Of a stretch of 64,000 bases of DNA, positions 21,455-30,401 are shown piece by piece. How positions within the stretch are numbered: position 1 is the first letter of the stretch; each line of letters opens with the position of its first letter. The notes under the pieces were generated by a model. The model had not been told where the DNA came from. It worked only from the letters and a program-made list of their open reading frames with translations, and did not search any database. A program made the translations under genes and the position numbers. Source of the stretch: Actinomycetota bacterium (GTDB lineage Bacteria > Actinomycetota > Acidimicrobiia > Spongiisociales > UBA4744); NCBI GenBank assembly GCA_013152275.1, contig JAADGS010000073.1, positions 1 to 64,000 on the forward strand, in the 5' to 3' direction.

Positions 21455-22621
21455 TCATGTCGGTGCCGACGTGGAGGGCCGAGCACGTTCCCGTCTCCGA
21501 TCCCAGTGGGCGAACACGGCCGTGCCCAGCAGCGTCCAGGCCGCCGCGGTGAAGAACATCGTCTGGTAGCTACCGAAGTGGATCGCCGCGCCGAGTGCAG
21601 GCGCGCCGATGAGGGCACCCAGGTCGAAGAGACCGGTGAAGATGGCGATGGCAGAGCCGCGGTCGGCTTTTCGGGAACGGGTCACGACCAGGGCGAGCAT
21701 GATGGGGAACGCGTACGCATGTCCTGTTCCACACAGGAGACCGGCGACGACGACCGCGGTGCCGCTGCCGGCGAGTGCGAGCACGACGAAGCCGATCGTT
21801 GCCGAGGCGAGCGCCGGGTACAGCACCTTCATCTGGCCCACACGATCGGGTAGGGAGCCCGCGAAGAGGCGCAGCGCGATTGCGATACCCGAGTAGGCGG
21901 CGAAGAATGCGCCAACCGATCCGATCCCGGTCTCGACCACGAACGTCTTCAGGAATGTGAAATAGGCGGTGAGCGCCACCGCGAACACGAAGGTCAGCCA
22001 CCACAGCGGCTGCAGGTCGGGGGCTGTCACCGATGCCCAGAAGCGCAGAGGGACCGACGTGCCTCTGGGAGCATCGTGAAGCGGGAGAGAGAGGAGAAGA
22101 GCGAACCCGGCGAATCCGAGTGCGGTGAGAAACAGGTGGGTGAAGGGTCCGGCTCCGAGGATGATATCGCCGAGCAGACCGCCGAGGGCGATCGGCAGGA
22201 GCCCGGAGACCCCGAAGAGGGCGAGCCCTTCCGTCCTTCTCGCAGACGGTACCTGGTCTGCCCCATAGGTGAACAGTGACGTGAACAGCAGAGCTGTCGC
22301 GAAGCCGTGAAGGATCTGTACCACATAGATCCATGGGCCGAGACCGGTCACCGTCAGATACAGGGTGAGCGTGGCGATATTGCCCAGGTTTCCGACGATG
22401 ATCACAGGACGACGTCCGTAGACGTCCATGGCCCGGCCCACCCACGGGCGAACGACCACCGACGCCAGGGCGGTGAGTCCTATCAGCAGACCGATCTCGA
22501 CCTCGCTCGCCCCGAGCCCGAGCAGGAATCCGGGGAAGTGGATGAACAGTGCCCATGCCATCGCCTGGGAGAGATTCGCAAGCCACGCAAGGGTGAAGCG
22601 TCTCGTCAGCAGTTTGGGCAT
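21455..22621 (-). CDS. MFS transporter
   Basis: GRAMDVYGRR and GSLPDRVG motif A; about 12 TMs. Confidence 0.9.
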   Translation of the reverse strand: MPKLLTRRFTLAWLANLSQAMAWALFIHFPGFLLGLGASEVEIGLLIGLTALASVVVRPWVGRAMDVYGRRPVIIVGNLGNIATLTLYLTVTGLGPWIYVVQILHGFATALLFTSLFTYGADQVPSARRTEGLALFGVSGLLPIALGGLLGDIILGAGPFTHLFLTALGFAGFALLLSLPLHDAPRGTSVPLRFWASVTAPDLQPLWWLTFVFAVALTAYFTFLKTFVVETGIGSVGAFFAAYSGIAIALRLFAGSLPDRVGQMKVLYPALASATIGFVVLALAGSGTAVVVAGLLCGTGHAYAFPIMLALVVTRSRKADRGSAIAIFTGLFDLGALIGAPALGAAIHFGSYQTMFFTAAAWTLLGTAVFAHWDRRRERARPSTSAPT

Positions 22622-22709
22622 CCAGGGAGCCTATACACGCGCCGCCTCGTGTCGACACGGATTCGGCCACCGACGTCGCGGTTAGGCTCACAAGGAGTAA
22701 GGAGAGGCA

Positions 22710-23009
22710 ATGGCCAAGGAATACCAGCTCCGCATGTACGAGGTGGCCGAAGGGAAGATGAGCGAGTTCTTGGCGATCTTTCCAGCGGTTGTCGAAGCCC
22801 GTCGCAGCGTCGGATTCGACGTCGTGGGGGTGTGGACCATTCCCGAGGAGAACAAGTTCGTCTGGATCGTCTCGACGGATGAGCCCGGCGGGATCGGCGC
22901 GCTCACCGATGCGTACTACGCGTCTCCGCTCCGAGCCGCCATCGATCCGGAGCCGGCCTCCTTTCTGGACAAGATCGAGACCAGGCTCATGCAGGCCGTT
23001 TCGTTCTGA
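22710..23009 (+). CDS. NIPSNAP family protein
   Basis: YQLRMYEV..G.M..F, GFDVVGVW, FVWIV pattern; strong SD AGGAG. Confidence 0.7.
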   Translation: MAKEYQLRMYEVAEGKMSEFLAIFPAVVEARRSVGFDVVGVWTIPEENKFVWIVSTDEPGGIGALTDAYYASPLRAAIDPEPASFLDKIETRLMQAVSF

Positions 23010-23069
23010 GCAATCGAGAGCACGCCCGTGGAGATGCACGGGCCTACGGTTAGGAGGGGGGTATCCCCA

Positions 23070-23915
23070 TTGAGTGCCCGCATACTCGACGGAAAAGAAG
23101 TGGCGGCGGCCGTTCGGGAAGAGGTCGCCGAGATGGTTGCGACGATACCGAAAGAAGTGGGGCTGGCCACGGTGCTGGTAGGCGACGATCCGGCGTCTCA
23201 TGTGTACGTCCGCAGCAAGCGGCGGATCGCGGGCAAGGTAGGCATCACTTCGATTCACAACGAGGTCCCCGCAGATGTCACCCAGGATGATCTCGAGGCG
23301 CTCGTGTCCCGGCTCAACGCCGACACCGCCGTCGACGGAATCATCGTGCAGCTTCCCTTGCCCGACCATCTCGACGAGCAGAGGATCACTTCCCTGATCG
23401 ACCCCGGCAAGGACGTCGATGGGCTCCATCCTTACAACCTTGGCCTTCTCGCCCTGGAACGGCCCAGACTGGTGCCGTGCACACCTCAGGGTGTGATGCG
23501 CATCCTCGATCACTACGGCATCGAGACGTCGGGTGCTCGGGCGGTGATCGTCGGGCGGTCCTTTCTTGTGGGACGTCCGCTCGGTCTCCTGCTGGGCCTC
23601 AAGGGCACCGATGCCACAGTCACGATGGCGCACTCCCGAACTCGCAACCTGAGCGAAGTCACGCGGGAGGCAGACATCCTCGTTGCTGCGGTCGGCAGAG
23701 CCAAGATGATCGGCGCAGACGACGTGAAACCTGGGGCCGCCGTCATCGACGTCGGAATCAACCGCACCGAAGAAGGACTCGTCGGCGATGTCGATTTCGA
23801 CGCGGTCGCCGAAGTGGCGGGATGGATCACCCCGGTCCCTGGAGGGGTCGGGCCGATGACCGTTGCCATGCTGATGCGCAACACCGCGACTGCGGCCCGA
23901 ATGCACGTGGGATAA
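23070..23915 (+). CDS. folD: Methylenetetrahydrofolate dehydrogenase/cyclohydrolase
   Basis: ILDGK, VGDDPAS.VYV, QLPLP, KDVDG, PCTP, DVGINR, TPVPGGVGPMT; TTG start after AGGAGG. Confidence 0.97.
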   Translation: MSARILDGKEVAAAVREEVAEMVATIPKEVGLATVLVGDDPASHVYVRSKRRIAGKVGITSIHNEVPADVTQDDLEALVSRLNADTAVDGIIVQLPLPDHLDEQRITSLIDPGKDVDGLHPYNLGLLALERPRLVPCTPQGVMRILDHYGIETSGARAVIVGRSFLVGRPLGLLLGLKGTDATVTMAHSRTRNLSEVTREADILVAAVGRAKMIGADDVKPGAAVIDVGINRTEEGLVGDVDFDAVAEVAGWITPVPGGVGPMTVAMLMRNTATAARMHVG

Positions 23916-23936
23916 TCCGTCTGAAAGGAGATCAAC

Positions 23937-25139
23937 ATGGCGCTACCGATCACGATGGGACCCGACGGACTCGTCGTTCCCGACAATCCGATCATCCCCT
24001 TCATCGAGGGTGACGGTACCGGCCCCGACATCTGGCGGGCATCCCGCTTTGTCTTCGACTCGGCGGTGGAGAAGGCCTACGGCGGTCATCGCCGCATTGG
24101 GTGGAAAGAGGTACTTGCCGGTCAGAAGGCGTACGACGAGGCAGGCGAGTGGCTTCCCTCGGAGACGGTGGACGCGTTCCGCGAGTACCTGGTCAGTATC
24201 AAGGGTCCGTTGACGACACCGGTTGGCGGTGGAATTCGAAGCCTCAATGTTGCGCTCCGGCAGACCCTGGATTTGTACGTGTGCCTGCGGCCCGTACGGT
24301 ATTTCGACGGTGTCCCCTCGCCGGTGAAGCATCCCGAACTCGTCGATATGGTGATCTTTCGTGAGAACACCGAGGACGTCTACGCAGGCCGCGAACTCGA
24401 AGAAGGCTCGCCGGAAGCGAAGAGTCTGCTCGAGTTCATGAAGTCCCGGTTCGGCTGGGATATCCGCCCCGACAGCGGCCTCGGCCTGAAACCGGTGTCC
24501 GAGACGGCGTCCAAGCGTCTCGTCCGGGCGGCGATGAACTATGCGTTGGAGAGCAATCGTACGTCGGTGACGCTCGTCCACAAGGGCAATATCATGAAGT
24601 TCACCGAAGGCGCGTTCCGCACGTGGGGCTACGAGCTCGTCAAGGACGAGTTCTCCGACGTCGCGGTGAGCTGGGAAGACTGTGGGGGTGAGCCCGGCGA
24701 CAAGCTGCTCGTCAAGGATGTGATCGCCGACGCGTTCCTTCAGCAGATTCTCACCCGACCGGCGGAGTACGAGGTGATCGCCACGCTCAATCTGAATGGC
24801 GACTATTTCTCGGATGCGCTGGCCGCGCAGGTCGGTGGGATCGGGATCGCCCCGGGAGGCAACATCAACTACGAGAACGGGATCGCACTGTTCGAGGCGA
24901 CCCACGGAACCGCACCGAAGTACGCCGGTATGGACAAGGTGAACCCTGGGTCGCTGATCCTGTCCGGCGAGATGATGTTCCGGTATCTCGGCTGGGATGA
25001 CGTGGCGGATCTGATCGTCAAAGGCCTCAAGGCCGCAATTGCCGACAAGATCGTCACCTACGACTTCGCCCGTCTCATGGACGGCGCGACGAAGGTGAAG
25101 ACATCCGAGTTCGCGCAGGCGATGGTCGAACGGATGTAG
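23937..25139 (+). CDS. icd: NADP-dependent isocitrate dehydrogenase (dimeric type)
   Basis: [55 protein letters not shown]. Confidence 0.97.
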   Translation: MALPITMGPDGLVVPDNPIIPFIEGDGTGPDIWRASRFVFDSAVEKAYGGHRRIGWKEVLAGQKAYDEAGEWLPSETVDAFREYLVSIKGPLTTPVGGGIRSLNVALRQTLDLYVCLRPVRYFDGVPSPVKHPELVDMVIFRENTEDVYAGRELEEGSPEAKSLLEFMKSRFGWDIRPDSGLGLKPVSETASKRLVRAAMNYALESNRTSVTLVHKGNIMKFTEGAFRTWGYELVKDEFSDVAVSWEDCGGEPGDKLLVKDVIADAFLQQILTRPAEYEVIATLNLNGDYFSDALAAQVGGIGIAPGGNINYENGIALFEATHGTAPKYAGMDKVNPGSLILSGEMMFRYLGWDDVADLIVKGLKAAIADKIVTYDFARLMDGATKVKTSEFAQAMVERM

Positions 25140-25217
25140 AAACGTTCTCGGGGAGGCGTGAAGGCGCCTTCCCGACTTTGCCTCCCGTGGCGGGGGAAGT
25201 GGCTTGCGTCTCGGCGT

Positions 25218-25646
25218 CTACACGGTTGCCAGATCCGCCAGCAGTGCTTCGCGGTGCTCTTGGTCCTCCACTCTCGACGCGAGGTCGCGAGCGTCGGCGA
25301 GGTATCGTGCCCGGTCGGCGCCGGATGCAGCCCGGGCGAGCGCCTCGTATGCATAGCCTTCATGGAAGGCCGAGAGGTCGTTGTCCTGACACAGACGGAG
25401 TGAAACCTGTCCATGATGGAGTGCCTCGTCCGGACGGCCTGCAACCGCATACACCCTCGAGAGTTGCCACGCCCCGACCGCGAGGTCTCGCGGGGTGCAA
25501 TCCTTGGTCTGAGTCCAGTGCCAACGGGAGGCATGGGCGAGATCGAGCATCTCATCGACCTCCTCGGGAGTGCGGTCCGGCTTCTCGAGCAGGTCCCACG
25601 CTGCGTTGAAGCATTCGGTCGCGAACCTGCGATGCGTTGCATCCAT
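25218..25646 (-). CDS. Conserved hypothetical helical (TPR-like) protein
   Basis: FNAAWDLLEK..MLDLAHASRWHW..WQLSRVY..YAYEALARA; SD GAGAGG. Confidence 0.65.
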   Translation of the reverse strand: MDATHRRFATECFNAAWDLLEKPDRTPEEVDEMLDLAHASRWHWTQTKDCTPRDLAVGAWQLSRVYAVAGRPDEALHHGQVSLRLCQDNDLSAFHEGYAYEALARAASGADRARYLADARDLASRVEDQEHREALLADLATV

Positions 25647-25723
25647 GGAACACCTCTCAGAGCAACCGTACAGCATTGAGCCCCCATTGAAGGGGGCTCA
25701 ACACATTCCGGTTTCGGGTGCGG

Positions 25724-26503
25724 TTACGCAGCGGCGTCGGTCGACGCGTCACGGATCGCGTCGCGCAGCGCCTGAACCGCCGCCTTGGCGGAATCCCTGG
25801 CCGCCCGGAGTTCGTCCCTCGCCTGAATGAGACTGTCCCGTCCCTGTCTGAGCAGCGTCCTGGCCGGGTTCTCCCAGTCGCTCGCCTGCAGGCCGATGAC
25901 CTGGTTCGGGACCGGGCCGGCGTACGCTTCGGCCTTGGTCATGTGTGTCATCATTTCCTGAAGCGCGGCCTGGGCCTCGGTCACGTCGTAGCCGGCCTGA
26001 TCGGCCCTGTCGACGGCTGCAGAGATCCTCTCGTACGCGTCCGTTGCCGGGTTGTTGACTGCCCAGACGGCCGTGTCACCGGCGATCACTTCGCGGATCT
26101 TCGGTGCAACGACCAGATAGATCCGAAAGTCGGTGGCGATCTTGGGCACGAGGACCTGAAGCTGATCGACCGTGGTCGCCGCCTGGATCTCTCTCGAGAG
26201 AGTCCGGAGCCCTGCTTCGGCCTGGTTCAGATCGACGAACAGGTCCGCCTTGTGGCGGGTGGTTGTGTGCCCTCTCTCGTTGAGGGCCCTCCGTAGCCTG
26301 TCGATCGTCTCAAAGCGTCTGTCGATGGCCCGCTGGGCGCGTGCCTTGATCCTGTCGACGACGCCGGGCCGCTGGGTGTCCACCGTTTGCTCGGCGACCG
26401 TTCCGCCGGAGGCCGGTTCACCGGCGGTCTCTGCCATGGCAACGCCTGGCAGGGCGAGCACGAGGCTCAGTGCCACGGCTGCAGTGATGGTTCTCTTGAT
26501 CAT
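25724..26503 (-). CDS. Secreted alpha-helical/coiled-coil hypothetical protein
   Basis: Signal peptide ending AMA; long amphipathic helices; FRIYLVVAPK; ATGA overlap with upstream lipoprotein. Confidence 0.75.
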   Translation of the reverse strand: MIKRTITAAVALSLVLALPGVAMAETAGEPASGGTVAEQTVDTQRPGVVDRIKARAQRAIDRRFETIDRLRRALNERGHTTTRHKADLFVDLNQAEAGLRTLSREIQAATTVDQLQVLVPKIATDFRIYLVVAPKIREVIAGDTAVWAVNNPATDAYERISAAVDRADQAGYDVTEAQAALQEMMTHMTKAEAYAGPVPNQVIGLQASDWENPARTLLRQGRDSLIQARDELRAARDSAKAAVQALRDAIRDASTDAAA

Positions 26504-26925
26504 GGGGTTGCATCTCCTTCGTTTTGGTTGAAGCTGGAGTCCAGGTCGCCGAAGAGGCGATCCAGGTCTGTGAGCATGTCATCGATGTCGCTCAGGTCGA
26601 CAGTGACGTCTTCCTCGGTCAGTTGTGCTGCCGTGGTCGTGGTTGTAGGCGTGGTTGCCGTCTCCGCCGTTGCCGCTCCCGCGGGTTGCGTCGTCGCCGT
26701 TTCCGCCGTTGCCGCTCCCGCTGGTTGCGTGGTTGCCGTCTCCGCTCCATCGGGTTGCGTGGTCACGGTGGCCGGGTTACTCGTAGTTGGTGCGGCCGGC
26801 TGGGACTGCGTCGTGGCGGCGGAGGTCCCTGCGACGGCCTGCGGTCCGGTGATCGGCCCACAAGCGGTCAATGCCAGGGCGCCGCCTACGGCGACGGTGG
26901 CCCAGAGGCCGGCTCTCGATCGCAT
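26500..26925 (-). CDS. Small Thr/Ala-rich lipoprotein with acidic C-terminal helix
   Basis: SD AAAGGAG; lipobox LTAC; ATTQPAGAATAET repeats; C-terminus DLSDIDDMLTDLDRLFGDLD. Confidence 0.75.
   Translation of the reverse strand: MRSRAGLWATVAVGGALALTACGPITGPQAVAGTSAATTQSQPAAPTTSNPATVTTQPDGAETATTQPAGAATAETATTQPAGAATAETATTPTTTTTAAQLTEEDVTVDLSDIDDMLTDLDRLFGDLDSSFNQNEGDATP
26651..26762. repeat. Intragenic ~39-bp tandem repeat coding the Thr/Ala-rich linker
   Basis: Repeated GCCGT(C/T)TCCGCCGTTGCCGCTCCCGC(G/T)GGTTGCGT units. Confidence 0.7.
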
Positions 26926-26965
26926 TCTGTCTCCTTTCATCATCTGAAGACAGGATCGGATGCGG

Positions 26966-26983
26966 CTGTGTGCTCACTGTGAG
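26966..26983 (-). promoter_or_regulatory. Direct repeat, possible OmpR-family regulator site
   Basis: Minus strand CTCACAG-TGAG-CACACAG, 11-bp period, about 40 nt upstream of the lipoprotein start. Confidence 0.35.
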
Positions 26984-27037
26984 CGAGATGTTCGAGGTTT
27001 GTAAGACCTGGTGGTCGGCGATCAGCCGCACCTCATT

Positions 27038-27086
27038 GAACCCTGGGCTCGTAGGGGTCGTGGCGACCCCCCTGAGCCCTGGGTTC
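27038..27086. repeat. Palindromic repeat family C, copy 1
   Basis: GAACCCTGGGCTCGTAGGGGTCGTGGCGACCCCCCTGAGCCCTGGGTTC. Confidence 0.88.
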
Positions 27087-27109
27087 GCAGAGATCTGCCG
27101 CCGGCTGGG

Positions 27110-28240
27110 CTACCAGAGTTCGACGTACACGAGGATGGGGACGGCGGGTGTCGACGACAAGCCGGTCGCTTCCCGGAAGTCCCACAGTTCGACCCAGAAC
27201 CGGACACCGTCGGGGCGGGAGAAACTGCCCTGGTAGTGGGGGAGCCGGTCATCGTTGATCCGGGTGAAGCTGCCTCCGAAGCCTCGCTGGAGGAGTTTGC
27301 GCTCGATGTCGGCGCCGAGGGCGACATGGCTCGGAGCGCTTGCGGGGAGCGTGAAGTAATGGGCCTCGGTGTGGGTGGCACGCGGTGCCGCCTTGTCTGC
27401 GGCCTGTTTGTCGTAGAGGTCCTTGTCGGCGGCGACTTCGGCGGAACCGGCAGGGATCCACGGGTTGCCGGCGGCGAGTCGCCTGATCGACGTGTCGAGC
27501 CACTTCGCCACCCATTCGCCATGGTCCGGTGGAATCCAGTTGGCTCGACCCAGCACGAGCATGGCAACCGATTCGGCCATGTCTTCGGCCGGTCCGGTTC
27601 GCCCGTACTCGGTCGCCGCCCGACCTTCGAGTCGCCAGTCCGCGTGGAGGGGATCGGCGGATTCGTTGATCCAGCCGGTCCGGCCGGCGAAGGAGATGAC
27701 GAGGTCCGATCCGTCGGCGGGGTCGACGCGGGCGATGTCGCCGTCGAGTGCGGCCTGGATGTAGGCGGGGTCGAGGGCGCGAAACTGTGCCACGTGCGCG
27801 AATTCGTGGGCGAGGGCGCGTGCGAGGTCGAGGCGGGTGGTGCGGCCCCTGTTGGGTTCGAACGTCCGGTCGACGAGGTAGATGTCGGGTCCACTCGTGA
27901 AGGCGACGGCGTTGCCGACGTGCTCTTCTTCCGGAGCCGATCCGATACGGATGATGGATCGTGGGGCGCCAATCTCCCAGAGTGCTTCGGGCAGATCGGA
28001 GAGTGCGGCGTCGAGGAGCTCGAGTTCGGCCGGATCGGGATGTGGCCGTGACCCGACGACGGTGAGGTCGTGTACCGTGCGTTGCCACACGACGTCGGTG
28101 AACGGAGGCGATCCGAGGCGGGTGAGCAGGTCGGTATCGTTGAGGTCGAATGATCCCGGAGCCGTGGTCGAGCTCGTCGTGACCGGGGCCCCACAGGCCA
28201 CGACCATGGTTGCGAAGATGAGGATGAGAAGGCGTCGCAC
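27110..28240 (-). CDS. Putative lipoprotein zinc metallopeptidase (zincin-like)
   Basis: Lipobox VVAC; AHEFAH (HExxH); downstream TEYGRTGPAEDMAES; start uncertain. Confidence 0.7.
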   Translation of the reverse strand: MRRLLILIFATMVVACGAPVTTSSTTAPGSFDLNDTDLLTRLGSPPFTDVVWQRTVHDLTVVGSRPHPDPAELELLDAALSDLPEALWEIGAPRSIIRIGSAPEEEHVGNAVAFTSGPDIYLVDRTFEPNRGRTTRLDLARALAHEFAHVAQFRALDPAYIQAALDGDIARVDPADGSDLVISFAGRTGWINESADPLHADWRLEGRAATEYGRTGPAEDMAESVAMLVLGRANWIPPDHGEWVAKWLDTSIRRLAAGNPWIPAGSAEVAADKDLYDKQAADKAAPRATHTEAHYFTLPASAPSHVALGADIERKLLQRGFGGSFTRINDDRLPHYQGSFSRPDGVRFWVELWDFREATGLSSTPAVPILVYVELW

Positions 28241-28376
28241 GGTGGCAGATGGTAGATGCAGGCGGGGATTGATCGATGCCATCGAGAGCATGCTCGGGCG
28301 TTGTCTGTGTCCGGCTGAGACAGGTTCTGATTGCACTAGCCTTGAGTGAGAGGTCGCGAGCCAAGGAGTTGGCACT

Positions 28377-29312
28377 ATGAGAAAGGTCACGGTTGTCGGG
28401 GCGGGCAAGTACGGGTCGCTGACGGCGATGCGCATCGCCCAGATGGATCTTGCCGACGAAGTCGTCATGACGGACATCGTCGAGGGTCTTCCACAGGGGC
28501 TTGCCCTCGATATGAACGAGTCCCGGCCGATCGAGAAATACCGTACGTTGGTCGTCGGGACGAACGATTACGCAGATACCGCAGGCAGTGAAGTCGTGGT
28601 GATCACCGCCGGGCTTCCCCGTAAGCCGGGCATGAGCAGGATGGACCTGCTCGAGGTGAATGCCAAGATCGTCAAGAGTGTCGTCGAGCAGATCGTCCGT
28701 TACTCACCGGAGGCGACGCTGGTCGTGGTCACCAATCCACTCGATCACATGACGACACTGGCTGCCGAGGTATCCGGTCTGCCGCACAACAAGGTCATGG
28801 GTCAGGCAGGCATGTTGGACACGGCACGGTTCGTGCACTTCGTCTCGGAGGTGAGTGGTGTCGACGTGCTCGAGATCGAGGCGCTCACGTTGGGCAGTCA
28901 CGGACCGACGATGGTGCCGGTGCCGTCACAGGTGAAGGTTGCAGGCAAGCCGCTGACCGAGGTGTTGACACCGGAGCAGATCGAGGCGATCGTCGAGCGT
29001 ACCCGCAAAGGTGGCTCGGAGATCGTCGGGCTGCTGAAGACCGGGAGCGCCTATTTCGCCCCGTCTGCGGCGGCCGCACACATGGTCAAGGCGATTCTGC
29101 AGGACACGGGCGAAGTCATGCCGGTGTGCGCGTGGACGTCTGGCGAGTACGGTGTCGAGGACGTGTACCTGGGTGTTCCTGCCAAGCTGGGAGCCAAGGG
29201 CGTCGAGGAGATCGTCCAACTGGACATCACCGACTCCGAGTTGGAGGCACTGCGAGAGGCCGCCGTGGCGGTCAAGGCCAAGATCGAAGACTTGCACAGC
29301 ATCGCTCTGTGA
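28377..29312 (+). CDS. mdh: Malate dehydrogenase (LDH-like)
   Basis: VVGAGKYG, TAGLPRKPGMSRMDL, VTNPLD, LDTARF, GSHG. Confidence 0.95.
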   Translation: MRKVTVVGAGKYGSLTAMRIAQMDLADEVVMTDIVEGLPQGLALDMNESRPIEKYRTLVVGTNDYADTAGSEVVVITAGLPRKPGMSRMDLLEVNAKIVKSVVEQIVRYSPEATLVVVTNPLDHMTTLAAEVSGLPHNKVMGQAGMLDTARFVHFVSEVSGVDVLEIEALTLGSHGPTMVPVPSQVKVAGKPLTEVLTPEQIEAIVERTRKGGSEIVGLLKTGSAYFAPSAAAAHMVKAILQDTGEVMPVCAWTSGEYGVEDVYLGVPAKLGAKGVEEIVQLDITDSELEALREAAVAVKAKIEDLHSIAL

Positions 29313-29325
29313 CCACACGGGAAGG

Positions 29326-29358
29326 AACGAAAGCCCCCGATGTGCGGGGGCTTTCGTT
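29326..29358 (+). terminator. Intrinsic terminator hairpin after mdh
   Basis: AACGAAAGCCCCCG-atgtg-CGGGGGCTTTCGTT. Confidence 0.8.
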
Positions 29359-29420
29359 GTAATCGGGGTGTGGTCCTGCCAGAATCACAATATTGTAGTT
29401 CTCTGCCAGGAGGCGGTCGT

Positions 29421-29705
29421 ATGAACAAGGGAGACCTCGTAGAGAAGGTCGCCGATGCCGCAGGCATCAGCAAGAAGGCTGCCCACGCGGCGGTCGAGAC
29501 GGTGTTCGGTGAGATCACCAAGGCCATGAAGAAGGGTGATCGAGTACAGGTGACCGGATTCGGGAGCTTCGAATCGGTGAAGCGACCGGGCCGGAAGGGC
29601 TTGAACCCGGCGACGGGTGAGAGTCTGTACATCAAGACCAAGTTCGTCCCGAAGTTCCACCCGGGGAAGGGCCTCAAGGACGAGGTCGCCAAACGCCGCA
29701 AGTAG
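29421..29705 (+). CDS. hup: HU family DNA-binding protein
   Basis: MNKGDLV, GFGSF, GLNPATGE, PKFHPGKGLK; SD AGGAGG. Confidence 0.95.
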   Translation: MNKGDLVEKVADAAGISKKAAHAAVETVFGEITKAMKKGDRVQVTGFGSFESVKRPGRKGLNPATGESLYIKTKFVPKFHPGKGLKDEVAKRRK

Positions 29706-29724
29706 GCGATCGGCAAGCGCGAGG

Positions 29725-29752
29725 AGTGGGCGACCCCCGGGGGTCGCCCACT
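29725..29752 (+). terminator. Terminator hairpin after HU gene
   Basis: AGTGGGCGACCCC-CG-GGGGTCGCCCACT followed by TCCTTGTT. Confidence 0.75.
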
Positions 29753-29770
29753 TCCTTGTTCCGTGTCTGC

Positions 29771-29855
29771 GAACCCAGGGTTCAGGGGTGTCGTGATGAC
29801 CGCTGCGAACCCAGGGTTCAGGGGTGTCGTGATGACCCCTACGAACCCAGGGTTC
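29771..29855. repeat. Palindromic repeat family C, tandemly expanded copy (36-bp period)
   Basis: GAACCCAGGGTTC at 29771, 29807 and 29843, separated by AGGGGTGTCGTGATGACC(G/C)CT(G/A)C. Confidence 0.88.
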
Positions 29856-29864
29856 AGATGGCTC

Positions 29865-30242
29865 TCAGTACTCGACGTCCAGGCCGGCGGTGGCCGAGGC
29901 GTAATGGCCGAGGGCGGCCTGCTGGGTCATGAGTTTGGCCATGTTGCCGGCCACCTTGATCTTGCCGGTCATGAAGGCCATCTGCGTGTTGAGATCGCCC
30001 TTGAAGATCTTCGACGCGGTCTCGTAGCTGGATGTGATCGTGACGTCCGGGTTCTCCATAGCGCCGATTCTCTGTACCGGCGTGTCGCCGGTGGCGTCCA
30101 TGTAGAACTTCGCTTCGCCTTCGGGTGCATCGGTAACGACGAACTGGAGGCTCATGTTGGCCGCCGAGGTGAAAGCGTCGCTCGCCTTGAGTGCTTCGGT
30201 GACGGCAGCGGCCCATTCGTCGGTGAGGAATGTGAATGCCAT
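29865..30242 (-). CDS. SCP2 sterol-binding domain protein
   Basis: FLTDEW N-terminus, PDVTI, AFMTGKIKVAGNM; SD AAGGAAG. Confidence 0.88.
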   Translation of the reverse strand: MAFTFLTDEWAAAVTEALKASDAFTSAANMSLQFVVTDAPEGEAKFYMDATGDTPVQRIGAMENPDVTITSSYETASKIFKGDLNTQMAFMTGKIKVAGNMAKLMTQQAALGHYASATAGLDVEY

Positions 30243-30401
30243 GGCTTCCTTTCTTTCTCCCTGTTGCCAGGCTAGCAGGGTTCGGGCCCGGTGCTTGCGA
30301 TTGCAAGCAGTCGGTGTCCGGACGATCTCACTCATCCATCGACGGACATGGTCGAACCGGGTGCGGACGATGAGATGGAAGCCCATGCGTGCTTCGGTTG
30401 G

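Noticed and set aside
21570..23906. Long antisense or alternate-frame ORFs (e.g. 21570-23906, 50191-52182, 55067-56710, 1603-3123)
   Set aside because: Shadows of real genes in high-GC DNA; Arg/Gly/His-rich with no motifs
29771..29855. Three 13-bp repeats at 36-bp period resembling a mini CRISPR array
   Set aside because: The spacers are near-identical, the repeat is too short, there are no cas genes, and it matches dispersed repeat family C
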